Part shown: piece by piece, positions 47,737 to 61,099 of the stretch | Layout of the letters: the number at the start of each line of letters is the position of its first letter | Numbering within the stretch: the first letter of the stretch is position 1 | Notes under the pieces: model-generated | The model's database searches: none | Seen by the model: the letters and a program-made list of their open reading frames with translations, nothing else | Told to the model about the DNA's origin: nothing | Source: Takakia lepidozioides | Taxonomy: Eukaryota > Plantae > Bryophyta | Assembly (NCBI GenBank): GCA_030704615.1 | Contig: CM060731.1 | Location: forward strand, 61,690,001-61,754,000 | Length of the DNA: 64,000 nucleotides | Reading direction: 5' to 3' | Program-made: the position numbers and the translations under genes

Positions 47737-50700
47737 TTACCCACTTAAGGGTGGTGAAGGGAGCTTCCCACAGTCATATAGTGTGTGACTTAGAATATCA
47801 GAAGCTTGAATGAGCTTCGGCACAGCAAATTTGTCACGGAAATAAATGAAGGGAGCTACATTCCATCCAAAGAAGGCGCCAGAAAAGTATGCTTTCAGAG
47901 TCAGCGCCAAAGTCCGATACCACCGTTCCTTTTGGTAGGCGTACAAGGCTTCAGCCAGAATTTTGAGCTGGGTGGGAGCTTCTGCCTCGACACTGAGGGC
48001 TTGAGAGAGGTTTTTAACAAGAATGACGGCGTCTTCCAGACAAAGGCCAACACCCTGCCCAAGGTTGGGTGTTATTGGGTGAAATGCGTCACCAGCCACC
48101 GTCACCCCATCCCTTGCAGCCGGGGGAGTTATAAGAGGAAGAGACCAGCGATCACCTAACGTGCTCCGATTGAAGGCATCCAAGGGGGTGTTGTGAATAC
48201 AGTCTAGGAGGTCCTTGGGCCAGCCTACTGTCCACTTCAAAGCCTCCTCCTTCACATGTTGTGGGTCTGTAACTTTAGGATCTGCCCGCCATTGCCCATT
48301 TGCAGTGCAAACAAGTCTCAGTTTTTGCTGCAACAAGTTATATCCACTTCATGGCAACTGGATATCCACCTACATGTCAGTTTCACCTCCGTTTTCCTCA
48401 TTATTGTTGACCTCACACAGATGTGGCACTCTCTCAAGTGACTACTGGCAGTGCTGACGACGATTAGTACCATGATGTGGCAGTGAGGAACGAACTAGCA
48501 ACAATGTGATTCATGGATTGGAAGTCATACACTAATGGAGAACTACCTAAGAGATAGAAAGTGCTTGGAAACATTTTATCCGCAGCAAAAACCCTTTGGT
48601 TAAACCCGGCTGTAGATAATCTGAAGTTTTAGCAGCAATACTATCTTCTTGAAAGTTAAGTCCAGGAGCAATGGAGGAATGTACAAGGAAGAGGGCTGGA
48701 ATGAAGAAGAGATCTATGTCCATAGAGAAGGAGAAAGGACAAGATGTTGGGCTCAGAGATACCTTTAGGTGAGGTGTTGAATGCTACAAACCAAGATATT
48801 CTTGTGGGGGAAATGGGCAAAATGCCTGCTCGCACACCGTGCCCAAGAATCTGTTGAAACTTAGGTGCGTATCCGTGCCCGTCTTTATAAAATGCCATTC
48901 CTCGCACCCCTACCTGCCCAGCAGGTTTGGGCTCCCGGAGCCCTAGCCATGAGCGAACCACAGAGCGAACTCCATCACAACCTACCAGAACCTGCATAAC
49001 ATATCATCCAAAGGTCAGCAAAGCAGCTACATCATAAATTTAGACACGATCATGGCCAATTGCCACTTCAGCAGAGGACTTATTAAAGAGTGAAGCTCAT
49101 GCCACTGGATTGTGAACTCTCTCCCTTCTCTTTGCTAGACACAGTCAGTAGCAGGCCAGTGGGCACCTTAGTAGCAATAGTGGTGCCGTCCTGTAGCTCC
49201 AGTTTAGTCAGGCCCTGCAACTCCGTTGGTTTGTGAATTCCTGTCACACGTGCATTGAATTGAATCGAGCCATGCGGTAGTGCCTCAGCAAGTGTCTCCA
49301 ACAACACCTTGCGCACCACCCCTCGCATCTCATGTGGCCTGGTTTCACATCAGCCCATTTCAGGTTATCTAGGTAACTTACAAACAGTTGAGGGATTAAG
49401 AAGTCGTCATGAAACCGGAAACACAGCATTGAGGACAGTATTTCATGAGACCAGGCTGCCATAATATATTTGTGAGGAAGTGTGACCCTCCGGAAAACTT
49501 GGCATGCCTCACAAAATGCAGGAATTACTGGACACTGGGTGCACTGTCTGTCTACAGTAGAGCCCGCAGTTCTACTTCAACACAAGCAGAAAAGCTTGCA
49601 TACTCACCCTCCTGGCTCACCAATGAATGTATAATCGTTCAACACTGTCCCGTCCTCGGTCTGGAAATCACCTCTGCACCCAAGTTCAAGCACATTATCT
49701 CCTCAATGCCCATGACACTCGAACAATTTTTGTCATTGACTATATATATATATGAATGCCACTTGCATAACCACTTCATACTGGAAAGCTAAGAAAGGTA
49801 CTGAAGGTTCAAAGAGAAAAGTACCCAGTAACAAGTGTGAATTGAGATCGAAGCTGCTCTCCCACTCCCAGAGCATCAAGGGCACGCCACCCGTTTGCAA
49901 ATATACCAAGAGAGGCGCCTTCCGACGGCAATGAGCTTGCCTGCTCCAGCACCAGCGCCTTCACTCCAACCCTGTTTCAACTCGCGCCTTTAAAACTTTG
50001 AACGGGAACGAGAGTACTAGCATTGAGAAAAGTTCTAGAAATTTTGTCCCAAATTGATGATTTGTGGCTCCATAAGATGATCTTCAACATTGAAACACCC
50101 CTCCATGCCGCATTGTTGCCTGTGCTAAAATTACTGATCAATCTCACGAATTATTTGATTGATGTTTGCTTGCTCTGACCATTACCGTCTCTTCAGTTGT
50201 GGACTCGGATGTATTGATCATACTTGCCGTAGTCTTGTGAGCATCGACCTCACCTGTTTAGACAGGGAAAGTCCAATGGAGAGAGGATGTCCTACTATGT
50301 GATTTCCTTGTTACAAACGAGAAAAGATTCGCGAGCCTATCATTCCCTTAGCTTCCCACAGCTAGTTTTACAGACTGGGTAGCGTAGCTGGAGTGTGGCC
50401 CAAAATGGTACCCGAACGTAAGCTTGACCAAAACCAGCATTATCCGAACACGCAACTTGGACAGAAGGAGATCGTCAAACCTGTGCAAGCCGAGGGCTGT
50501 GGCAAGGCCGGCGATCCCAGCGCCCACTATCACAACAGTCTCTGTTTGTCCGACTCTTTGACCTCCACCACTTTCTCTTCCCACTTGAACAGGAGGCGCA
50601 CCTACCGCACTCACTGCTCGCGCCATTCCTCCCCTCCTTCGATATTCACAGGAAAGTTTCGTGCGACTGGTCAATCTACTATGGTATAAGCCTGCATTAT

Positions 50701-50836
50701 CCATTTTAACATTTGACCGGAGCGAGGGCGCATGAGAGAGAAAGCCATGGCTCAGGTTATGAGCAGAGGTGAGACGTGAAACAGCACTTGGCGGAGCTCT
50801 TTGACACCAGGATGGGCACATGGACGTCTTCATCAT
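47737..50836 (-). CDS. FAD-dependent monooxygenase (plant MO1/MO2/CTF2-like, FAD_binding_3), probably with an N-terminal transit peptide; exons 50836-50481, 49971-49825, 49673-49608, 49338-49167, 48991-48763, 48281-47737
   Basis: VVIVGAGIAGLATALGLHR|VGVKALVLEQ (GxGxxG), NGWRALDALGVG, HEMRGVVRKVLLETLA, VLVGCDGVRSVV (DG motif) and VAGDAFHPITPNLGQG (GD motif). GT-AG introns keep the frame. Confidence 0.92.
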
Positions 50837-52530
50837 CACACAAGAGTTTGGCGAACTGGGTGGGCGAGAAATGAATGCCAGACAGCTCTGGTGATCGCCC
50901 GAGCTCAAAACAAACTGAAATGAAGCACAAACAGGCCAGCCTCCCCCACACTCACAAAGCAACAACAATGTTGAAGGTCCGGAGCAGAGAGACGTAGCTG
51001 CTGGGACAGCGCTCTCACCGCCTGTACCTACACTAGCATGCAGCACTTAAACCTGCCATTGCAGGTATGTACTCCTGCATCGGCACTCTAAGCTACTTAG
51101 GGGGCGGTGATTAAGGTCATGTCGACATTTTTCCGTAACGCATGAAGTAACTAATAGCTCGATTCCATTTCCACTGTTCTTGCTCTTGGTTCCGTAGTAT
51201 AAAGTAAACCCAAAACGGCTGAGGAAACGCCATAAGCCAACGAGAATGTAAAAGTCGTTTACAGGGTGGTATCCCTTCTGTAAGCCTTCACGGTCCCCAC
51301 ATGCTTGTCCCCTGTTTTAAAATCTATAGAACTTCAAAACAAAGTCGAAATCTCCCTCGAAAGGCTCGCCTATCTAGCAGGCTCTTTTTACATGTCTTGG
51401 CAGGGACAGTGTGTAAATAGGTCACTCCCACACGCCCCGCAGGACCAGCACAGGACGATGCCACTGGGAGTGCAGTTAAGACTTAAAAGTAAAAGCTGGT
51501 TAACACTTGAGAACCTGGAATTAATGCTCGTATTGTTTTTTAAAAATTGCTCGTATAAAAAATCAACAATTCATTCAAATATGGTTGTTCACGAGCTTCC
51601 CACAATGACGACTTGATGAGACTCTACGTAGCGAATTCATGATGCGTGAAATCACTGACATGGATCTTTGCAGGCAAAATTACAGCCCACGCGTTTGTGG
51701 AGTTGGTGTTGCAACTTGCGGGGCCACGCAATGCACTTGCATTCCTAACGAGCCCTCAGTAGTTGTGGTGCACACATGTACCACGAGGTGCACCCATTTT
51801 TGGAAGGTGTCAGAGCAGGTGTGCTTTTGCAATCACTCCGACGGCCGACTCGCTGGCCCTACATACGTCAACTTGGAAATCTAAGTAAAGATGTGGATGC
51901 TGATTTTGTTCCACCGTCAAGTATCTCAGACATGGGTGGTACTTGGGTAATGCTGAGCCGGGCTGGTATGTGCATTGTGCACTTTGGAATATTTAGCTCT
52001 CTTTGCGATCATTTGTATCACCAAGACCCGTATTATCTGGATCATCCAGAGCCAAAGAGGCACTAACTTACTGTGCTTGGATTGGTCGTGCAGGTCAACA
52101 GACTACATCACGTCGGCGTAGAACTTCCCAGTGCAATTAGGATGATGCACAAGATGCATAGGAAGCGGCATCAAAATGTAGGCGAAAGCAAGTGGTGCCC
52201 CTACAAAGAAGTTGATCCCCGGATGGAGCGAATAAGTTTTTAGTAATTTTTCCAGCCTTCTGCGTGGAAGAGTTAGACACACCTATGTACTTGGAATCCG
52301 ATGCACATTTTGCCTCTTGACCTCCATATACAGAGGAGCCAACAGGAGGGCCAGAGTGACTGCAATAAGTAATGTCCCAACCCAAAAATATCTGAGCATG
52401 GACGTCGTTGGCCTTCCTGATTCCACTGCTCCCACCTGCACCACACTTGTTCCCAAGTAATTGCCAGGCTGATTGCAATGAGGGCCATCCTTTGGAAGAT
52501 TCCAAATGCACTTGCTATCGAATCGAAAGC

Positions 52531-52967
52531 CTCGGAATTTTGTGTGGCCTCTGCAGAGGGGACAGGGACCTGACAGCGGCCCCGCTAAATTAAAAGGATC
52601 CCTATTCCCCTGTTTCTCTTATATATCCAAAAAAACGTCGGATTTGCTGTCATGGCAGAGGTTGTGGGCTGGCGGTAGGTCGATGGCGATGAGGCTATGC
52701 AGGTCTCTTCCAATCCTTGAACGAAGCTCCAGCAGTTGGCGCTTGTTGTATTTACCCCCACTACTCTCATGCAGATAGTTCAGCCTGGTTTTGCAGCTAC
52801 CTTCATGTCCTAAAATCCTCAAACTACCTGCATGGAGGTAGTTGTAAAATTCACATGCCAAAAACATTCTAAGTCCTTTGACGAAGGTAGTTTGCTCCTA
52901 TATTAATGAGACGGCATGACGGTCGTCTGACCAGCCTCATAACGACAAGGCCACACAAAATTCTGAG
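52531..52967. mobile_element. MITE, copy 1
   Basis: TIRs CTCGGAATTTTGTGTGGCCT / AGGCCACACAAAATTCTGAG. The interior is homologous, in inverted orientation, to 57137-57604. Confidence 0.7.
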
Positions 52968-53389
52968 CGGATTCGAAAGCACTTGACAAAGTTCCATAGC
53001 CCCCACACATCCCAGCTTTTAGTCTTGAGAAGTCTATGGGAACACTCTGGCCTCTTGGTCCCCACTCCCCACTCCTAGGCCTTGGGTATGTGAGAAAATT
53101 CCTAGCAATTCCACCTACTAGGCCCGGGCCCAGGCTGCTTTTTGTACCTGTCATATCAGGTTTGACAGGCAAAAAAGCTTTTCATTGTTTGATATTAGCG
53201 TCTTCAATGCCCGCGCATGTGGCTGCGGCACGCTCGCATGTGGCACAGGGGTCGCCGAGGGCGGGAGGCCCCTACCCGGACCCAGCCAGTGTGCTGCTCG
53301 GTCTGCCAAGAGAGTCTGTTGGGCCCACAAAACACATTCTAGCGGTCGGAAGCTAGTTTAGCATTGAGCAGATATAGGGTGTCATAGTG

Positions 53390-54620
53390 CCTCGTCATCG
53401 TCAACACATCATCGTCGCTACATTTCGTCGTTGGAGTGTTTGCTGGAAGAACTTCAGGCCGTCAGTAACAGAGACGAGGAGAAGCTGTGGACTGAATACT
53501 TTTCTGACCCCAATCAATGGTGGGACAATCGATGCAAAAAGGTCAATGGCTGTTAGATTACAGAGAGTAGCAGATGCAATTGAGCATAGGAACTAGTGGG
53601 ATATGTTGAGTTGGGTGTTTCCTAGAACAAATATAGGCTGTTATTGTCAGCTGCTAGCAAAGAGTCTGCCCGGCAAGAGAGTCTGTTGGGGCCCACAAAA
53701 CACATTCTAGCGGTCGAAAGCTAGTTTAGCGTAGAGCAGATATAGGGTGTCATAGTGCCTCGTCATTGTCGCCACGTCATCGTCGTTAAATTTTTTGGAA
53801 TTTGCCCAGACTACCCGCCCGAAAAAACGCCAATAGAACTCCTCGCGCCAAGTTTTCCGGAACTGCCCGGACTGCCCGGTTCTTGATCTTCTTGAATTGC
53901 AGGAGGGGTTTCACACGCCGATCGCAGATGGAGACATTTGCATATTATAAGTACAGCGCATGAGCTCTCACAGATGGTGGGACAACCGCAATCGCAAGGT
54001 GTGGCTTTTAATTTGTCAATCCTGCAAATGGGGGCTCTTAGTACCATGATTCGGTATTCTTCCTAATGTTTACAAAGTTCTTGGGAAAGTCAGCTTGGTC
54101 TTAACAGGCCGTGTTTCAATCTCTACCTGCTCAGCTATACCGTGGTGGTTCTCACAGACCAATTCGACATTATCTGACTACAGACACAAGCAACACACAT
54201 AAGAGGTCATTTTGGGTTGATGGTCGGCCCAGTCCTCCATGGGTCATGACACAAGGTCAAGGACAATGTGGTGAGGGCGCCTTCTTCGACCTATTTCAGC
54301 TTGTTTTGCCCTCTCATCGGACTCAGTCTTGAGATGCATACTGAATTCTGTAAGTGAGCTCGTTGGGTGGATCTGTGGTGGTTTGGAGTGACCTTAACAA
54401 GTTACTGCCGATATGGCAGCAGGGAAATATCCAAAAACAGATAACGAGGAGAAGTTTCGGAATGAATACTCAAGTCAACATAAGAACTAGTGTAATAAGT
54501 AGGGTTGGGGTGTTTGCTAGAAGAACTTTAGGCCGTCAGTAACAGAGACGAGGAAAAGCTGTGGAATGAATACTTTTCTGACCCCAATCAATGGTGGGAC
54601 AATCGATGCAAAAAGATCAA
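53390..54620 (+). pseudogene. OSB-type (organellar ssDNA-binding) PDF-motif gene relic with partial duplications
   Basis: EKLWTEYFSDPNQWWDNRCKK (~53480-53541) precedes a possible GT donor. A candidate next exon from 54158 reads TNSTLSDYRHK/fs/..SFWVDGRPSPPWV. A duplicate WNEYFSDPNQWWDNRCKK lies at ~54560-54616. Together these match the PDF motif WxxFFxxPxxWWDNRxxKxNxxxPDFKHKxxxxALWxxxxPxWV. Confidence 0.6.
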
Positions 54621-55459
54621 TAGCTGTTGGATTACAGAGAGTAGCATATGCAATTGAGCATAGGAACTAGTGGGATATGTTGAGTTGGGTGTTTCCTAGA
54701 ACAAATATAGGATGTCATTGTCAGTTGCGTTGTCACATTGTTAGTATCATGTCAAAGTCACTCCAAACTATCAAAGATTCACTCAACCAGTTAACTTGCA
54801 GAATTCAACATGGAACCTTAGGGCTGGTTCTGATAAGAAGGAAAAACAAGGTGAAATGTGTTGAAGAAGGGACAACCAGTATGTAGCCCAGTGGTAATGG
54901 GCACATACCTTGTTGGATGTGGTTGTGGGTTCAAACCACCGTCTAGTGTGTCATGAAGGTGTCCACCTTCCTGCTGGAAGGCAATAGCCCTTCAGGGTCA
55001 AGTGACACCATAAGTTACGTTCCCTTCGGAAGGCGTCATTCTTTTGTTGAAGAAGGTGCCTTGAGTAGCAGTGCCTGATTTTATCAATTCCGCCGCCGCT
55101 GCTGTAGCTTCCAGTTGACCATCTATCCATGCAGGTTGCTAGTAGCTATTGATCCATAGGGAATCATAGGTAATCTGGAGCTTCAAGTCCTGCCCTCTTC
55201 GATGAAGCTGGACCCACCCTGTATCCCTGCTCCTTCAGCTATCCATGCCTCTGCACAAATCATGCATTTCAGATCAGCTTGCAAACAACACAGTGTCCCC
55301 ACATACACAACATGGTCACATCAATCCTTGAAGTTGATCTGTCCACTACAAAAAGATAGAACTTTGTAATTAGAACAAGTTTAGCTGGAGGCATGCGCAA
55401 CCCAATGTGTGACCTTTGTGAACCCACATTTCAACCCAACGTGTGACACCACATTTCAT

Positions 55460-56260
55460 TCAACCATGTTGTTGAACACTCCCTTTGCATCGGCCTCCAT
55501 GCATCCACACTTGGCATACAAGTCCACGAGGGCATAGTTCAGAACAACATCTAGTAAATTCCAGCTTGGATGATGTCACCACGAACTTCTTTGCCCTTTT
55601 GCAGGGCTATTGGGCATATCATGGGATTACATCCTCCTTGCACACACGTTTGGCATACAAGTGCATAAGGGCATAGTTCATATCGACATCTAGTACAATT
55701 CCAGCTTGGATGATCATGAACTTCTTTGCCATTTTGCAGGGTTGCCAGGCTTGCACACGCATTGCAAACGTAACAAACACAATGTGGTTGCGCTGCACCA
55801 TTTGCTCATAAGTCTCCAAAGGGCCTCCATCCCGCGCCGTTGTTGTGCATATCCTGGGATCATAATCCTCCATGCACCCCCATTTGGCATACAAGTCCAC
55901 AAGGGCATAGTTCAGAACGACATGTATCAATTCAATTCCAGCTTGGATGATGTCACCACGAACCCTGTCTTCACTCATTGGTGTATCCTTGTAGTTGTAC
56001 CCAAACTTGGCATACATGTCCACTACGGCAACGTTCAGAATCACATCAGATACAATATCAGCTTTGACGATATCACCGTGGACCTCTGTACCCTTTTCTA
56101 GGCCGGTTGCCAGGCTTGCATTTGATATACATATCCACCAAGGCAGTGTTTAGAGACATCTAGTGGTATAATTCCAGCTTTGACGATGTCACCATGGACC
56201 TTTGCGTCATTTCCATGGCTACCAGGCTTGCATTTGACATACATGTACACCAGGGGAATG
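55460..56260 (-). pseudogene. PLS-PPR pseudogene fragment
   Basis: Decayed repeats VAVVDMYAKFG, VRGDIIQAGIE, YALVDLYAKWGCMED and YALMHLYAKR, with frameshifts and stops. Confidence 0.8.
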
Positions 56261-56720
56261 TTCCTGCTGTCAAGTGTGAGTGGATTTGAGGGCGTCTCAT
56301 CAGGTGTGGAAGTGTCTGCATACTAGGCAGAAAAAAGGTTCAACTCCCCCTCACTTCTTGGGCATAGATAGATAGATACAATGAAATACGGAGATGTGAC
56401 ATGAGTGCTACGGCAACACTCTGCCATTCTTCTTTCGAAAAACAATGAAATATGGGATGTATGTATGTAACACCATTAAGATGGCCCACCATTCTTTGTT
56501 AAAATTGAACGTAGTTCTCATAATTCGTCGCTAGTAGTGCGGAGCAACGCGAAGCCCTAGTAAATATGCACATAAAGCATTAGTTATTTCAGAGGTTTGC
56601 AGAAAGTGACGAGTAGTGTGGTGGTTAAGAACATCGAATAATAAGCATGAGGTTTGGTACTCAAATCCTGCCAGGTTGTACTGTGATAATAATGTGTGTT
56701 ATTTAATATATATTTTGTCA

Positions 56721-56835
56721 AAGGGTCTGCCAGTCCGCTCGAAGGTTGGAGTCGGTCTGCTCGACCGCTCGTCGATCTGCCCAGCGGTTGGAGTCGGTCT
56801 GCTGAAGGGTCTGCCCAGTCCGCTAGAAGGTCCGC
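56721..56835. repeat. Short interleaved direct repeats
   Basis: GGTTGGAGTCGGTCTGCT twice and AAGGGTCTGCC(C)AGTCCGCT.GAAGGT twice. Confidence 0.5.
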
Positions 56836-57136
56836 CGCTGTAGATGAACAAGGACTTGAAAAAATTTCAAAATCTGGCCGACCTGGTGAATGGGCGGTGG
56901 GCTTATGAGCTCACCCATGGCCGTACTGGCGGGGCCCATAGGTGCATTGAAGACGTTAATATTAAAAAAATGAGAGGCCACCTCTAAAAAAAAAAAAAAA
57001 AAAAAAAAAACTGTCACAATGAAAGGCAGAATGTTTTTTTTATATTTATTAGCAATTTTTCTTTTTCTTTTTTTTTAACTAGCATTTGTTGTCGAGGAGG
57101 TGCCAGATTCAAACAACTGCGTCTGATTCAACCTGG

Positions 57137-57604
57137 CTCTAAGTTTTGTGTGGCCTCGTCGTAATGAGGCTGGTCAGGTGATGGGGCCCACCATCTCATT
57201 AATATAGGAACAAACTACCTTCATGCCTTGAGGACTTAGAATTTTTTTTGGCTTATGAAATTTACAACTACCTCCATGCAAGTAATTTTAAGATTTTTTA
57301 CATGAAGGTAGTTGCAAAACCAAGCCGAACTACCTGCGTAAGAATAGTTACAAACTACCTCCATGGAGGTAGTTTTAGTCAGCATCAACCACCGCAACTG
57401 CGTTCAGGGAATGGAACCCCAAACGTGCATCGCTATATCACCATCGACCTACTACCAGACCACAACCCCCAGCTTGCCAACAATTTTCATATACAAGAGA
57501 AACAGAGTATTAGGGACGGTTTAAATGTAGTGGGGGCCCGCTGTCAGTCCTTGTCCCCCTGCACCGTGCGGCCTCATTACGACGAGGCCACACAAAATTC
57601 AGAG
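57137..57604. mobile_element. MITE, copy 2 (33-bp TIRs)
   Basis: CTCTAAGTTTTGTGTGGCCTCGTCGTAATGAGG / CCTCATTACGACGAGGCCACACAAAATTCAGAG. Confidence 0.75.
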
Positions 57605-57714
57605 GTATTCAACCCGGCCATCCTGCATGACTCAAAATCTTTACTTACAAACTTACAATCAATTGGCATATTGTATCTCTTAGCTCATTGATAAGTCAAG
57701 ACAATATCTCTTAA

Positions 57715-60446
57715 GGCCCCGGCCGCACTGCCCGATTTAGCCATGGCTAAGTGGAGTTTAGCCACGGCTATGTTTATTTAGCTATTGCACTAGGTAATTT
57801 AGCCGTGGCTAAATCTTAGCCACAACTAAGCCAGACTAAACTACGCTGCCTAATTGTCCCTATTTTTAACCCTTACCCCCCCCCCCCCCCCCCCCCCCAT
57901 GTATTAAAGTTAGCCCGCGTGGGCAGAAGGACGAAATTTTCACCTCCCCATGAAGCAGACGGCTTTAAAAGTTTGTGTATTGAAATCAAAAGTGAGAGAT
58001 ACAAATCGTTCTTGGGTTTTTGACAAAAATTACGGGTTTTTGTGTGGAGGCTGATCACTCGTGTGTAGAAGAAGGAAAGCCGTATGTGTTGTTTCTGAGG
58101 TGATTTCCTAAAATGCATGAACAGCCCCGCTGGGCTTTTGAGCTGCAATATGGAAGAACAATAGTACAGTATGGTGGAAGAGACACACACAGAGAGACAT
58201 ACAAACTTGGATAGGTATCAATCAAACAAGTGGACTGTGTGTCAGACTGAGAAAAGGTCCTTAAAAGATAGGTAAAAATTTTTGAATGAGAAATTGTCTT
58301 ATTCCAGTTTGTACAGACTCTAGGAATCTCCAAGGATCTGCATGGAGAAGCCTCTTATTTACTGGACATCCCAGAGAAGAACTAAAAAGAACCTAAATAG
58401 ACCGTGGAGAAATAGATTCCATACCCCTATATAGGCCAACAGCCTTGGCAGGGTTGTCATTTCTCCCACTCCCTCTGCATACCCCTGTGCATCAATAAGA
58501 ACCAATTTTGCCACCTGCAATTGGATTGTGAACCACACAGTTCAATGTGCTCACATGCATTAATAGTAACAAATTCTCCGAGCCTGGAGAACAAGGCATA
58601 ATGATAGATTCACCATGATATTTTTTGTCTTCCCAAGCTGTCGGATCTATATTAGAACCACCAAAACTCGAAGCCGGCAACCACAATACATGGTAGACCA
58701 GTGAAATCCTAATAGAGGTGCCATGGAGCTTATAAAGCTGGAAAAAAGAACACCAAGGCACTACATCTAATACATGCCCCAGTTGAATCACATGCTCATA
58801 TTTGTCTCCTCACCCCTTTGCCTGTACTGAAGGAAATGTCAACATACTACCGGATATGGTGTCCTCACTATTGAAAAAAAAACATTTGGAGCACAAACCC
58901 TGCCATCTCCATAACATAGTGGATTCACTTTTTGGACAAGTATATACTAGACCTGTGATATTGCCAGCATGTGCTTAATGACTTGACAGGTTTTTAAGTA
59001 GTAGTCTGGCGGTCATGTTGGTAAATCATTTCCAGGATTGCTTGGGGACAATATTTGTGGCATGACAGCTGCCAAAATCACACCCAAGCACCTCGTTTCT
59101 TGGATTAGGTCTAAACTGGAAGAAAATAAAGTAACAATGCACCATCCTAACATCAAGGATGACAAATATAGAATGCCCCAAACCTGAGAGTCACAACCAT
59201 GATGTAGGCATCAACAGGAGGAAATATGCAAGTGCCCACCCCATGGGAAACAATCAGTCTGTCCCCAACCACAGAACATAGAACAAGATGAGATTGATTG
59301 AAGCTTCAACTCCAGCATACCTCAAAAATCCCATGAAACTGGTGGGTGGTGTAGTACATTGTACAGAAAGAGAGCATGGCTAGGTTGGATTGCACGGACT
59401 GAATCCATGTATCTCTGTGATAACCCTACAATTGTTAGCAGCAATGTCTTTGTCAGAATCCATGTTAATAAGTTTGGCCAATAAAAGATCAAAGAATGGT
59501 ATGTAGCTGCACCCTCACTTTCAGTACACGATGTGATGTTGTCATGCAGAGGCAAAAACTAGCTACCCTCCCTTTCCATACCTACTCTATTACATTTAGT
59601 CAGGAAAATGATCTAAATTACAATGAAGGCCAATCAAACACATGCAAATGCTAACAAGCTTGGACAAATATAGAACATATCACAAATTTGACCCCTTTCT
59701 CCCATCAAACAAAATCTTCCGCTAAAACAATAACATCATCAAACACTTGCATACTTATAAAAAGACGGGAAAACAATTACCATGACTAGAAAATTGTGAA
59801 AGGAAATAAGTTTGACGTGATTTTGGAAACAGAATTGGAAATGTAACAAGTACAAAATCTTCAACACAATTGACATTGAAATCGACTACACATCACTTTT
59901 CCTTCACCAACGTTCTGCTCAAGTAATAACTACACGACTGTGGAGGCGCACCTGATCCAGCCGTGCAGACAGCTCCTCACATCACAATAAGAACAATCAT
60001 ACGGGTAGAAAATGGGGGGTGGGCACAGCTTTGGGGGCTGCCACAGGTGCACAACTTGCTGCCATACCGTTTGCTCTGACGCTCAAGACATAAAAAACTG
60101 GAGGAGGCAGCTTATCCCCATGCAACAAGCTCAGACTCCTAGCATGCGCCTCACACACCACCACCCTTTGAGCTCTCATGCAACTCCTGCTTCCTTCAAT
60201 TTCGTCAGTCTATCTTCAACTATCTCCCATACGCTCAATCTTCAGTTATGGCATGAATGCATACTGTCAGTGGGGAGCGCGGCCGGGCATCAAGGATAGG
60301 TTAACGGGCAGCGAGGACGCTAACAATTCTTAACCTTGGCTTACTTTAGCCATTATGTGCAGCCGCCCTCTAAGCATGGCTAACTAGCTAATGTTTAGCC
60401 AGCCACGACTACTGGTGGCTAGCTGGCCACCAGTGCGGCTGGGGCC
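57715..60446. mobile_element. PIF/Harbinger-type element, non-autonomous or decayed
   Basis: TIR GGCCCCGGCCGCACTG / CAGTGCGGCTGGGGCC (15/16 match), TAA TSD at 57712-57714 and 60447-60449, and TAGCCA/TGGCTA subterminal repeats at both ends. Confidence 0.8.
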
Positions 60447-61099
60447 TAAAGAAGATAGGCTTGGGGGTACGTATGAAAAGGCTAAAAATGCTAGAGTCTT
60501 ATAGTTAGAGAATACGTGGTACGAATGCTACAATGTTTAGGGTCCTAGGATATTTCGCTGATTATATGTACGATCCGTATATGGAGAAATACGTAAAATG
60601 GTCAACGTCGGAGTACTTGGTGGACCCCCGGCATGGTTGCCAGCGGCAGGTCCCAGTACATTTTTTAATTTCGATCCGAGAACTCCCCATCCAACACACA
60701 AAATACTTGTTTGCATTTTATGCAATTTGAAAAATGATAGGAGCAACCTTTCTGAGGGTATATAGTGGACCCTTTATAAATGGTACCTCCATATATGTTA
60801 TATCTTTTTTATTGTTATATTTGTTCTTGGGGGGTGCACTCTAAATGTCCGTATCACGTGCGTTCGCCGCCTGATAAAAAAAACCCCCTATATACGGGTC
60901 CTTGGATCATATATACCCCCTCTATACATATATTTTGAAGATTATAAAACCCCCTTCTGTAGATATATAGAAATTTGTAATTTTTAAAAAGTACCCCCTG
61001 TTATATGTATATTTTCTTTTTGAATCATTTAAAAGTCTCAAAGCCTTATTTTTAACAGGAGGCAAGTTCTTCTCACTGAGGACCTTGGAGTGACAGGTA

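Noticed and set aside
50837-51046. 70-codon N-terminal extension of monooxygenase exon 1 in the ORF track
   Set aside because: Starts at a non-ATG codon; the first ATG (50836) already gives a transit-peptide-like leader.
51640-52510. Possible RNase H relic (LHFDAAS on the minus strand)
   Set aside because: A single degenerate motif, insufficient to call.
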